DNA from: Candidatus Thorarchaeota archaeon
GTDB taxonomy: Archaea; Asgardarchaeota; Thorarchaeia; Thorarchaeales; Thorarchaeaceae
Reading direction: 5' to 3'
Length of the DNA stretch: 64,000 nt
NCBI GenBank assembly: GCA_048884965.1
Contig: JBHLQH010000015.1
Location: 19,337-83,336, forward strand
A program made the translations under genes and the position numbers. Positions within the stretch are counted from its first letter, which is position 1. The number at the start of each line of letters is the position of its first letter. The notes below the pieces were generated by a model. The model ran no database searches, had not been told where the DNA came from, and saw nothing but the letters and a program-made list of their open reading frames with translations. Below, piece after piece: positions 8,136-17,280 of the stretch.

Positions 8136-9272
8136 CTATAGTCTTGTAAAACTATCAACGGTTTCTTGGTCTAGACGTTTTATTAGTTCGACTAGAAGTT
8201 GGACCGCACTCTCAACATCTCCCAAATCAAGCATTCCGTTATGGGAATGAATGTAACGTGTGGGGATGCCAAGGAACAATGATGGAGCACCCATTCCTGC
8301 AAGGTGAATCTGACCTGCATCAGTACCTCCTGCGGGTAGAAAAGCTGCCTGATGTTTAATCTTCATCTCCTCAGCTATCTCTAGAGCGAACTTGCGAAGC
8401 TTTGGATTTGGAATCATCGAGCCATCACCTGCAGATATCGCTACGCCGGATCCCATCTTCTGGACGAGTCCTTTGGAACCAGGCGAATCGCCAGAGATGT
8501 CAACATCCAATGCAAAGCCGATATCAGGTTGAATCATTTGGGCTGAGGTCTTGGCTCCTCTCAGACCAACTTCCTCTTGAACAGTAGATACTGCATAAAC
8601 CGTATTTGGATGCTTGATGTTGCCTTCTGAGAGCCTTCGAAGTGCCTCGAGGACGATAAACACCCCAATTCGGTCATCGAATGCCTTTGCGACAGCTAGA
8701 TGAACATCGACTGTTTTCTCCTCAGCATCTTCATCATCTTCATCCTTCTCTTGGCGAGTTCGTTTCAACGTGCGGAATACGGATCTAGGTACAGCAGGGT
8801 CTCCTACTCTAATACCTAGCTCTTCGACTTCCTTCTTGGAAGAGCAACCAATATCGATGTACATTTGGTCCTTGGTGACGACCTTTGTACGTTGCTCAGG
8901 TGTGAGAACGTGTGGCGGAGGTGCGCCAATTACGCCAATGATCTTCTCCCCACCCTTGAATGGACGTACAATCACCTCTTGCGTCAATAGTGTCTGATCC
9001 CACCAACCGCCTAGTTGATGGAACTTAAGATAGCCTTCCTTCGTGATCTCAGTGATCACAAACCCAATTTCATCCATGTGCCCTGCAAGCATGATCTTCG
9101 GTCCAGAATTACCTCTCTTGAAGATCACACTTCCAAGTCGGTCAAACAGAACCTCATCAGCAAATGCCTTACCATATTCATGAGCAATCTTTTGAGATTC
9201 TGTTTCATGTCCACTTGGACCAAAAGAATTGCACATATCTTCCAGAAACTTAAGATTTAGTTTGTCAGTCAT
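8136..9272 (-). CDS. M42 family (TET-like) aminopeptidase
   Basis: AGHMDEIG, KAFDDRIG, QEEVGLRGA, GGTDAG, RYIHS motifs. Confidence 0.95.
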   Translation of the reverse strand: MTDKLNLKFLEDMCNSFGPSGHETESQKIAHEYGKAFADEVLFDRLGSVIFKRGNSGPKIMLAGHMDEIGFVITEITKEGYLKFHQLGGWWDQTLLTQEVIVRPFKGGEKIIGVIGAPPPHVLTPEQRTKVVTKDQMYIDIGCSSKKEVEELGIRVGDPAVPRSVFRTLKRTRQEKDEDDEDAEEKTVDVHLAVAKAFDDRIGVFIVLEALRRLSEGNIKHPNTVYAVSTVQEEVGLRGAKTSAQMIQPDIGFALDVDISGDSPGSKGLVQKMGSGVAISAGDGSMIPNPKLRKFALEIAEEMKIKHQAAFLPAGGTDAGQIHLAGMGAPSLFLGIPTRYIHSHNGMLDLGDVESAVQLLVELIKRLDQETVDSFTRL

Positions 9273-9364
9273 ATCTGATTACTTCCAGAATTCATTATCT
9301 GATTGGTCTTCATCCAAAAAGAATCCGTTATAGTGTGTTTTGGTTGAAGATGTTTTTCATTGAA

Positions 9365-9898
9365 TTAGACGATGGTCGCTTGAGCGAGAATCTCGAACGC
9401 TGTATCAATATTCTCACCAGTAAGGGCACTGGTTTCAAGATAGCCATTTAGATTGTTCTCCTCAACAAATTCAAGTGCCATCTCTCGGGTAATCACACGC
9501 TCATCCACCAAATCGACCTTATTTGCTAGCAGGACAATTGGAATCCTTGTACCCAAGGCAGATTCCGTTTCGGCTATCCATTTTGGAAGCTCTTTCCAAG
9601 TGTTCTTTCGAGTGACATCAAACACAAGGAGTGCTCCTTTGGAACCTTTGTAATAGCTTGTGCGGATGAAGTCAAAACGTTCCTGGCCAGCTAGATCCCA
9701 CACCAGTAATTTGACTCGAACGTCGGTCCCACTATGAGATTTCACAGCTACTGTTTTCACAGCGAATTGGGAACCAATAGTGACGATATACTGTTCGGAG
9801 AATTTCTGGGTCAGAAAGCGGTTGACAATAGCTGTCTTCCCACTACCTCCAGCTCCTATCATGCATACCTTTCTCATGTAATCAAATGATTCGCTCAT
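9365..9898 (-). CDS. Rab-like small GTPase
   Basis: GAGGSGKT, TIGSQF, WDLAGQERF, YYKGS, NKVD, ETSAL. Confidence 0.95.
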   Translation of the reverse strand: MSESFDYMRKVCMIGAGGSGKTAIVNRFLTQKFSEQYIVTIGSQFAVKTVAVKSHSGTDVRVKLLVWDLAGQERFDFIRTSYYKGSKGALLVFDVTRKNTWKELPKWIAETESALGTRIPIVLLANKVDLVDERVITREMALEFVEENNLNGYLETSALTGENIDTAFEILAQATIV

Positions 9899-10105
9899 CA
9901 GTAGATGTCCTCATAATTGGTAGAGTATTGACTCACATCGCTTGTTTTGACTTCAATTACCCTGTGAACGGGATTGTCCGCCATATTTAGCCTTTTTCGG
10001 AATGGATACCTTATCCATAACGCGCGACTTCGCTAAATGAAAGCTTCTAGTACGAAGGGATTATATCAATTCTGAAGAGTTGATTGGGGTGCCGGGAGGA
10101 TACCA

Positions 10106-10294
10106 ATGGAACTGATCACAGTAAAAATGAGCGACATCTATGTGAAGGGACTGGATAGACTAGTAGAATTAGGCATGTATCCATCAAGAAGTGAAGCAAT
10201 CCGAGTTGCTATCAGAGACCTACTAATGAAAGAACTGTGGCCACGCGAAGGACTTCCTGGAAGATTGGAGAATAAGGCTGAAGAAGAAGGATAG
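10106..10294 (+). CDS. Ribbon-helix-helix (CopG family, CdrS-like) regulator
   Basis: ITVKM...LDRLVELGMYPSRSEAIRVAIRDLL. Confidence 0.85.
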   Translation: MELITVKMSDIYVKGLDRLVELGMYPSRSEAIRVAIRDLLMKELWPREGLPGRLENKAEEEG

Positions 10295-10321
10295 AGAGCA
10301 CCTTTTTTAGCACCCGAAAGA

Positions 10322-10888
10322 ATGATTAGGCAAGATTATTGCAGAACTATTGACACGCTACATGGAGGAAATTCGGGATTGAATCTTAGAATTCTGTTTA
10401 AAAGTTTCAAATTTGCATTTCGTGCCCGTAAACGAGTCTTATCGTTCATCGTCGTTTATGCGATGCTGTACATATTTGTTGCAAAAGGAGAACCCCTCTT
10501 AGGGGTGCCATCATATATCATGGCATTTGTTGTCGCCACCGTATATGCAATTCTGATTGCACAGTTTAGACGTCGGGACATCGCGATTTTGAAATGTGTT
10601 TCTTGGAGTAATTCGGAAATCATGTTGCTTCTGGTAGGGGAAGTCATCCTCGTTTCTGTGACCGCATTCTTAGTCGTGTTCCAATTGAGTGTTGAGATAT
10701 TGGGTCTGATGGAGTATGTCGTTGGCATTGGCCCAGCATTGCAACCAATCAGGGATGCTATAGTGATTGGACTTGAACCAATGGCTGCTACATTGTTCAC
10801 GATAATTGTGCTTCAGATTCCAGGTCTTATTCTAGCTCAACTAAGAGCAATGAGCATTCCGCCAATGAAGGCGCTAAGGGAGGAATGA
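10322..10888 (+). CDS. Small FtsX-like ABC permease (true start possibly TTG near 10379)
   Basis: RRRDIAILKCV..S FtsX-type motif, 4 TM, C-terminal IPPMKALREE. Confidence 0.8.
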   Translation: MIRQDYCRTIDTLHGGNSGLNLRILFKSFKFAFRARKRVLSFIVVYAMLYIFVAKGEPLLGVPSYIMAFVVATVYAILIAQFRRRDIAILKCVSWSNSEIMLLLVGEVILVSVTAFLVVFQLSVEILGLMEYVVGIGPALQPIRDAIVIGLEPMAATLFTIIVLQIPGLILAQLRAMSIPPMKALREE

Positions 10889-10892
10889 TACC

Positions 10893-11579
10893 ATGACTAA
10901 TCCTATTATTCGAGTTGAAGGTGTTGACAAGGAATATGGTAGAGGAAGGAACACAGTTGCGGCACTCAAGAACATCAACCTTGAGGTACAAGCTGGTGAG
11001 TTCATCGCGGTTGTTGGACCTAGTGGTTGTGGCAAGTCAACTTTGCTGCATGTCATGGCAGGTCTGGAACAGCCATCTGATGGGAGAATACTATTAGACG
11101 GTGTTGATGTCACGCTAATCAGTGAAAGAGACCTCCCAAAGGTTAGAGCTCAGAAGATTGGTTTCGTCTTCCAGTCATTCCTCTTAATTGATGACCTTAC
11201 CTCATATGAGAACATCGAAGCTGTTCTTTGGACTATTCAGGAGTACACCAAGGAGAAACAAGAGTCGATGACACTTGATGTGCTTCGTGAGGTGGACATG
11301 CTTGAGCGGCGGGATCATCGTCCTATGCAATTGAGTGGTGGCGAGCAACAACGAGTAGCAATAGCAAGAGCACTTGTGAACAACCCACCAATTCTCTTCT
11401 GTGATGAGCCAACAGGTAATCTCGATACGAATACTGGGGAAACCATCATGAAGCTCATATCACGTCTAAATCGTGATAGAAAGATGACAGTCGTCTTGGT
11501 TACCCACAACGAAGAATTGACCAAGTACGCTAAGCGAACGATTCGCATGCGTGATGGTGCAATCACATCAATCAAGTAA
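10893..11579 (+). CDS. ABC ATPase, LolD/MacB/FtsE family
   Basis: GPSGCGKST, LSGGEQQRVAIARAL, DEPTGNLD, VTH. Confidence 0.95.
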   Translation: MTNPIIRVEGVDKEYGRGRNTVAALKNINLEVQAGEFIAVVGPSGCGKSTLLHVMAGLEQPSDGRILLDGVDVTLISERDLPKVRAQKIGFVFQSFLLIDDLTSYENIEAVLWTIQEYTKEKQESMTLDVLREVDMLERRDHRPMQLSGGEQQRVAIARALVNNPPILFCDEPTGNLDTNTGETIMKLISRLNRDRKMTVVLVTHNEELTKYAKRTIRMRDGAITSIK

Positions 11580-11581
11580 GT

Positions 11582-11607
11582 GCCGCCTTCTGGCGGCCCC
11601 ACTTTTT
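11582..11607 (+). terminator. Hairpin plus T-tract terminator
   Basis: GCCGCC-TTCT-GGCGGC followed by CTTTTT directly after the ABC ATPase stop. Confidence 0.6.
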
Positions 11608-12502
11608 GTTTTTAGCCAAAGCTTTAGATGCCAATCAATGTACGTTTGAGCAATCTGGAGAGCATCGTGAGATGGAAAAGGCTGATTGTAGTCGTTTGTT
11701 ACACAAGGCTGAAAATGAAGCCAAGGAAGGTAACAATGAAACATCTGCCGAGCTATTCTTCTCAGCAGCTCAGTGTTGGGCGAGATGGGAATTCTTCACT
11801 AAAGCAGCACAGGCATATGAGAGAGCGTATGAGCATGCAATGCTTGCACACAGATACTCCGATGCTGCAGATTCAATGAAACTGGCAGGTCATTGCTGGA
11901 TACGACAGAGTGAACATGAAAAGTTCGAGATTGACTATCAAATCGCTGCTGAAGCCTATATCTATGCTGCTGAGGAGGAGAGAGATCCAACACGATTTGT
12001 CGATGGAGCATTCTGTGCCATAGTAGGAGGAGACCTTGAGCTAGCCCGTCAATTGATTCATGCTGCCGCAGAAACAACAAAAGGCAAAGTAAAGGAACTC
12101 ATCAATTTGTGTCTGATGATGAATGAATATCACTTTGGCGATGCTGAGATGTATATCGAAGCAGCGCTAACTCGAGTCCTCGATAAGGAAGGGGTCACTA
12201 GGATTAGAGAGATTTTCTATCTTGCCTTTGCGGGCTTTGCAAGGTCGCTACTTGAGTCAGAGGTGGCAGTGTCTATCAAAAGTATCGCCGAGAGTACGGG
12301 ACTCACAGTTCAGAAAACGAGAAGGATATTGGAACGTGGTATTGAGCAGGGGCATATACCTGCATATCTTGACCCCGAGTCTGAAGAGATAGTAGTGGAC
12401 AGCGATAGACTCGATACTGAGGATTTACAGAGGAGAAAACGACCTATTCTCAGCAGGGATATAAGAGATCCTGGTGCATGGGATATAGACTTGGATGATT
12501 GA
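11606..12502 (+). CDS. alpha-SNAP/TPR-like helical repeat protein with C-terminal PCI-like domain (likely start ATG near 11672)
   Basis: AAQAYERA / AADSMKLAG helical repeats; VSIKSIAESTGL...RILERGIEQGHIPAYLD PCI-like winged helix. Confidence 0.7.
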   Translation: MFLAKALDANQCTFEQSGEHREMEKADCSRLLHKAENEAKEGNNETSAELFFSAAQCWARWEFFTKAAQAYERAYEHAMLAHRYSDAADSMKLAGHCWIRQSEHEKFEIDYQIAAEAYIYAAEEERDPTRFVDGAFCAIVGGDLELARQLIHAAAETTKGKVKELINLCLMMNEYHFGDAEMYIEAALTRVLDKEGVTRIREIFYLAFAGFARSLLESEVAVSIKSIAESTGLTVQKTRRILERGIEQGHIPAYLDPESEEIVVDSDRLDTEDLQRRKRPILSRDIRDPGAWDIDLDD

Positions 12503-12677
12503 CCTCGAATACTTGAGGAACACTCAAAGGAGTCCACGCATGCAACATTAAAATTGGGATAAAACACCTAATCTGATAACCTCAGTTATGGTTTAAGCGA
12601 AGAGGCAGTAGAAAGCATTTTTAGTACGATTGCTTTCACTGACTACTTGCCTTAACCTAAAAGGTACGGTGTGACTG

Positions 12678-12893
12678 ATGAACGAAGGGCTGAAATGGCT
12701 GCAATGTCCTGTCTGTAAGGAAACGATTTCATGGCAGGTTCCAGCAGACGCTTTAAAGGATGTGAAGCGATTTCCAGCAGGGATTGTGATAAAGCATAGG
12801 GACCACTACGTCATTTGCTACATTGATAGTCATTATCAGCTAGCCGATACTGAAGCTGCAACTGCTTGTGTTGAAGGCACCTCAAAACAGTGA
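12678..12893 (+). CDS. Small CxxC/His zinc-binding hypothetical protein
   Basis: LQCPVC...KHRDH; GGTG RBS-like sequence upstream. Confidence 0.7.
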   Translation: MNEGLKWLQCPVCKETISWQVPADALKDVKRFPAGIVIKHRDHYVICYIDSHYQLADTEAATACVEGTSKQ

Positions 12894-12901
12894 GTTGACA
12901 T

Positions 12902-13453
12902 CTACTCTTTCTTGAATTCGAGATTATTATCAAGGGCCCATTCTAGCACTTGAGCAGCTTGTGTACTTGATATGCCCCAGACCTGTAATTTGTTGATCAA
13001 TTCGCGAATTCCCAAAACCCAATCCCGCAACAAGTCTCTGATTCGAAAGACAACATTTGTATCTTCAGATTCTCGAAGAATCGGAAGGAGCTTTGTCACA
13101 AGACTCTGTGAAAGAACAAGGATAGTTTCAAGTCTTGCTATCCATTCTTCTCGGGGAAGCCCTGTAAGTGTTTGAGCGACAGATAGATGATAGTCATATT
13201 GAGTGGCGAAGTACCGCAATCGCCAGCTCAAGAACTCTATTATTAAGGTTCTATGGGCATCGCTTGGAGCGGTCTTCATGAGAAGTAATAGAAAACGCTC
13301 TGTCATTTCATCCGCGGATACACTGGCATCGTAGAATTGAGCCATTGCTTGTTGATACTTCTCATTCAGCAAACTCTCTTCTGCTTCTCGTGCTGCGTTT
13401 TTGAATCTCTGAATAATGGCTCTTGTGGAGTTGAGATCGTGGTTATTCTTCAT
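12902..13453 (-). CDS. Hypothetical all-helical protein
   Basis: 183-aa ORF, GGAGG RBS, end of a co-oriented operon. Confidence 0.75.
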   Translation of the reverse strand: MKNNHDLNSTRAIIQRFKNAAREAEESLLNEKYQQAMAQFYDASVSADEMTERFLLLLMKTAPSDAHRTLIIEFLSWRLRYFATQYDYHLSVAQTLTGLPREEWIARLETILVLSQSLVTKLLPILRESEDTNVVFRIRDLLRDWVLGIRELINKLQVWGISSTQAAQVLEWALDNNLEFKKE

Positions 13454-13482
13454 GTCGCCATTATTCCTCCACCAACTATTCT

Positions 13483-13893
13483 CTATTCATTCTTCGTCAG
13501 GTAGATGAGCTCTACAGCTAGGACCACATCCATTGCGCGGAGCCACTCAACGAACTCTTCAATATTGTCCTTCTTCGAGATATTGAAATACCCTTCCCAT
13601 ATGCAAGAGTCCTCCATTGGGCAAAATCCTGTGGAGTGTAATAGCTTGATTTCTGATTTTCGGATTTTCTCATAGACCAATCGTGATGCCTGTGTAAAGG
13701 CATTCAAATCCAATGAAACTCGAACTTGGGTAGTGAACTCACTTTCGAGGGGAATGACACGAAGAAATCCACTCCGTGATCTGATAATGAGCACATCTGA
13801 TCCATTTGAGATTCCAGCAGATTTCATATGTGGCTCAATCAAGATTCGTCCATCTTTTACTTCTGATATCGATCCATCTGTAAGTTCCTTCAT
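13483..13893 (-). CDS. Hypothetical protein, AbrB-like N-terminus plus ACT-like domain
   Basis: DGRILIEPHMKSAGISNGSDVLI resembles AbrB; ATGA overlap with the upstream gene. Confidence 0.55.
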   Translation of the reverse strand: MKELTDGSISEVKDGRILIEPHMKSAGISNGSDVLIIRSRSGFLRVIPLESEFTTQVRVSLDLNAFTQASRLVYEKIRKSEIKLLHSTGFCPMEDSCIWEGYFNISKKDNIEEFVEWLRAMDVVLAVELIYLTKNE

Positions 13894-14279
13894 TTCTTCC
13901 AGCCTGTAAGTTCTAGTAAGATATCGTTACCAAGTTCTGTTATGAAATAGATACCATTTTCTATCTTTATCAAACCGAGTGTTTCCAATAGTGGCACCTT
14001 AACATCCAAACATGACTTCGTTACAGTGCTCAATCGGATTATTTCTTCATCATTCATACATCCTTGGGCAATTAGTCCAAGTGTTTCAATCCCTAATTCA
14101 CCCAAGAGGTACTTGATAGTGGTTGGGTCTAGGTCGATCTTCATTGCAGTGGTTTCCATTTCATGTCTGTCTAGAGAATATAGACGGAAAAAGAAAGCTA
14201 TGATGTCCTCCAAGAGGAATCCTATCCCAAGCAGGGCGGAGGGTGTTTGAACTTGTATTCGTCTGTCGAGCAAAGCCAT
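13890..14279 (-). CDS. Small winged-helix protein (true start probably near 14160)
   Basis: LLETLGLIKIENGIYFITELG wing motif. Confidence 0.6.
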   Translation of the reverse strand: MALLDRRIQVQTPSALLGIGFLLEDIIAFFFRLYSLDRHEMETTAMKIDLDPTTIKYLLGELGIETLGLIAQGCMNDEEIIRLSTVTKSCLDVKVPLLETLGLIKIENGIYFITELGNDILLELTGWKK

Positions 14280-15199
14280 TCCATGAATCTGGCGGAAGGA
14301 GGATATTCCTCATAGAGGCGACTCCTATGAGCTTCTAACAATACAGGTTCTATTCCAGAGAAACCTGCCATAGATGTCACTTGGTTGCCAGATGCTTCAG
14401 ATATCGATATGACAGGACTAATCCAAGATTCCCATTCAGTCGTTCTTAGTAGATGATGGTCAACCACAAGATATCTTATGGACTTGGCAAGCTGCGTAAG
14501 TGAGTCATGCGATTGCTTATTCTCTGAAGGTGAATAGCTCTTTAGGTAGATTGGTGGTCCGCCAAGAATAGCAGTATCAGCATTTCTGGATGCCAGATAT
14601 TCAAATGATGATTTACTGCTTGGACCTTGAACATCGGGTGCAAAAACCACTGTAACATCTTCATAATAGACAGTTGTCGCAAGAACATAGCCTAAGGGAC
14701 TATTGTCAGGACCATGGGGTAATGGATGAGAGAATTCGAGTCTGGTGTTGCCGATTTGAAAGGTCTTCCCATCTGCGACCTCAATGGATGCGACATTGCG
14801 CAAATCCCGCTCGAAATAGTATGATCGTCGTCTTTGTGAGGGATTGATGTTCATACGTCCATCTTTCGCAAGTATTCTCTTTCCAGCATAGGTTCGAACA
14901 CGATCCTGAGGTGTACTCAGATTATACCTTTGATTAGTTGCCCCAGGTCGTACATGATCAAAGTGATAATGTGAGATTGTCAGAATGTCGCAATCTTTGG
15001 CTGCTTCTTCTATCCTGATGAGCGCCTCTTGAAGAGCAAGATACTCTTTTGGGTGTGGCTCATGTGGAGGACGGAAAGCAAGAGCTGCTGATGGATCTAA
15101 AAGAATCGAAAGATCAGGTGTTTTGATTTTGGTGCATAGAGATCTAACACCCAAACTTTCAGCAGCTAGTGGAATGACATCGATATCTCCGATTTTCAA
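14222..15199 (-). CDS. MBL-fold metallohydrolase (UPF0282-like)
   Basis: AAESLGVRS, ISHYHFDH, PHG, DVQG, DHHLLR. Confidence 0.9.
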   Translation of the reverse strand: MKIGDIDVIPLAAESLGVRSLCTKIKTPDLSILLDPSAALAFRPPHEPHPKEYLALQEALIRIEEAAKDCDILTISHYHFDHVRPGATNQRYNLSTPQDRVRTYAGKRILAKDGRMNINPSQRRRSYYFERDLRNVASIEVADGKTFQIGNTRLEFSHPLPHGPDNSPLGYVLATTVYYEDVTVVFAPDVQGPSSKSSFEYLASRNADTAILGGPPIYLKSYSPSENKQSHDSLTQLAKSIRYLVVDHHLLRTTEWESWISPVISISEASGNQVTSMAGFSGIEPVLLEAHRSRLYEEYPPSARFMEWLCSTDEYKFKHPPPCLG

Positions 15200-15693
15200 A
15201 CGTAGCCCTCACGATAGTAACTTAGACGGTAATCCTTTCCATCCTGTATAAGCTCAGCCTCATGATATTCAACATGCTCGGTTGATTTTTCATGAAAACG
15301 TGTGAACATCTGAAAATCAGATGGAACGACTTTGGCTTGCATTCCAAGAATTTCTTCAAGCTCGAACAGGGCTAGTTGGCCCTCCCGATGGTCCTCGCAA
15401 AACGAGTCGATTTTGGCATCTCCAACGAAGATTAGGAAATGGGATTTCAATTCACCGTCTATTGAAACCAGACGTTCTGAAACAATCCCCTTTAGAGCAT
15501 AGCTGTTCGGTAGAGATGAACCGGTTTCTTCCATGACCTCACGTATTGCAGCAGAAGGTATATGCTCCCCCACATTCACCTTCCCACCTACTAAGCCCCA
15601 TAGATTCTCGTAGGGAGGATTTCGCCTTTTCAAGAGGAGGAACTTGCCATTCAATCGTAGAATGGTTATTGCGATCGGGACTGTCTTCGTCAA
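15196..15693 (-). CDS. NUDIX hydrolase
   Basis: Nudix box GGKVNVGEHIPSAAIREVMEETG. Confidence 0.9.
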   Translation of the reverse strand: MTKTVPIAITILRLNGKFLLLKRRNPPYENLWGLVGGKVNVGEHIPSAAIREVMEETGSSLPNSYALKGIVSERLVSIDGELKSHFLIFVGDAKIDSFCEDHREGQLALFELEEILGMQAKVVPSDFQMFTRFHEKSTEHVEYHEAELIQDGKDYRLSYYREGYV

Positions 15694-15813
15694 TTCGCCT
15701 CACTACTCCTTGAATTGATAGCCATACGTATGCCCCTCTCTATAAACATACGGAACACACGAACAAGCTAAGATTCTTAGCATCGATAGTGATTAGTTTC
15801 CCTGTGGATAAAA

Positions 15814-17259
15814 TTGAAGGACTTGTTGACGCAATCATTGCGAGAGGATATCCTTGAAAGGATAACACCAACACAAGAAGAGGTTGACCGTCAACATAAG
15901 ATAATTTCTGACCTTACAGATGCAATCTCTTCACTCGCATTGAAAAAGGGATTTAGCTACTCCTTCATTCAACCTCAAGGTTCAACAGGGCAAAAGCAAA
16001 CACAGCTAAGAGGAACAAGTGATATCGATCTATTTGTGGGGTTGAACCCTGAAGACTATATCGACATACTTGACCTTCCTACGAAGTTGAGAAATGAAGA
16101 GCTGGATAGGATATTCGACAACTTTGTAGATAGCTGGTTCACTCCGGCCTTAGATGGCCTGAAAGCTGCATCATTGCAGAAGACATATTCACAGCACCCA
16201 TATCTATCAGCAGATTATTTGGGGAACGATGTTGATATCCTTCTATGTTTCGATCTGACTGCAGAATGGATAGCAAAAGAAGGTCCGATAACAGCAGTGG
16301 ATAGGACCGTTCACCATTCGGAATATGTCGCATCACGATTGACCTCAGAATTGCGTGATGATATTAGAATCTTGAAGTCCTTCATCCGGTCCTGTCATGC
16401 ATATGGTGACACATGTGCTGTAGGACGTATGGGATTCACGGGTGTGGCACTTGAACTGCTTGCTATTTGGGAAGGTGGGTTTCAAAATGCGGTCAAGGCG
16501 TTGATCGATCTCAAGAGCAAATCCTTAGACCCACTCAAAAGGACCTTTGATGAACTAGTAAAAATCCCATCTTTTAAGGACGACCATATCTTCATTATAG
16601 ATCCAACAGATACAAATCGGAACATAGCATCTAGCTTCTCAAAGAGAGCGTATAGATGGATTACGAGTAGAGCGAAGGATTTACTTCAAGATGATATCTC
16701 TAATGATAGGATTCTAGACCTCATAATAGAAAGCCCAATCTCTATAGTTAGACCTCCTGAATTGATCGAGAAACATCTTTTCATCCATGAGGTTCAATCT
16801 AAGAAGGAATCGCACTATACTGTTGTGCGAGACAAATTGTACAGATTTGCCAGTAGGATTTGTAGGGAGGTTTCTCTAGAACGAACAGGCGAACCTAGAT
16901 TTGGAAAGGTCACCTTTGAGATAATATTCGATGCCTCGAGATTCGCATTGGGATTTGTTGTAGAAGAACCAGAAATCTCGAAAACATTTACTCGTCGTGG
17001 ACCGCCTTCTAACATCCCTGCAGCCTCTAATTTTCAAGCTACCCATCCAGACGCCTATTTGCGAGATGATTATCTCTGGGTAGATCGAAAACGAAAATGG
17101 ACTAGTGCTGGTAGAATGATAGAACATTTGCTTTCCGCCAATCTTCCGAAAAATCTTGAGTTGCTTCAGGATAGGTCAGATATAGGAAGGCGTCTGGCGA
17201 CCATACTGCATGAAATCATCATCCCCCTTGAGAGTTTTCCAATCAAGGCAAGAGTTTAA
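15814..17259 (+). CDS. cca: Class I CCA-adding tRNA nucleotidyltransferase
   Basis: GS...T.LRGTSDIDLFV, HPY, TAVDRTVHH, GFTG..ELL, IIDPTDTNRNIA, RRGPP. Confidence 0.9.
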   Translation: MKDLLTQSLREDILERITPTQEEVDRQHKIISDLTDAISSLALKKGFSYSFIQPQGSTGQKQTQLRGTSDIDLFVGLNPEDYIDILDLPTKLRNEELDRIFDNFVDSWFTPALDGLKAASLQKTYSQHPYLSADYLGNDVDILLCFDLTAEWIAKEGPITAVDRTVHHSEYVASRLTSELRDDIRILKSFIRSCHAYGDTCAVGRMGFTGVALELLAIWEGGFQNAVKALIDLKSKSLDPLKRTFDELVKIPSFKDDHIFIIDPTDTNRNIASSFSKRAYRWITSRAKDLLQDDISNDRILDLIIESPISIVRPPELIEKHLFIHEVQSKKESHYTVVRDKLYRFASRICREVSLERTGEPRFGKVTFEIIFDASRFALGFVVEEPEISKTFTRRGPPSNIPAASNFQATHPDAYLRDDYLWVDRKRKWTSAGRMIEHLLSANLPKNLELLQDRSDIGRRLATILHEIIIPLESFPIKARV

Positions 17260-17280
17260 TCCTCTGCACTGCAAGGAAAC

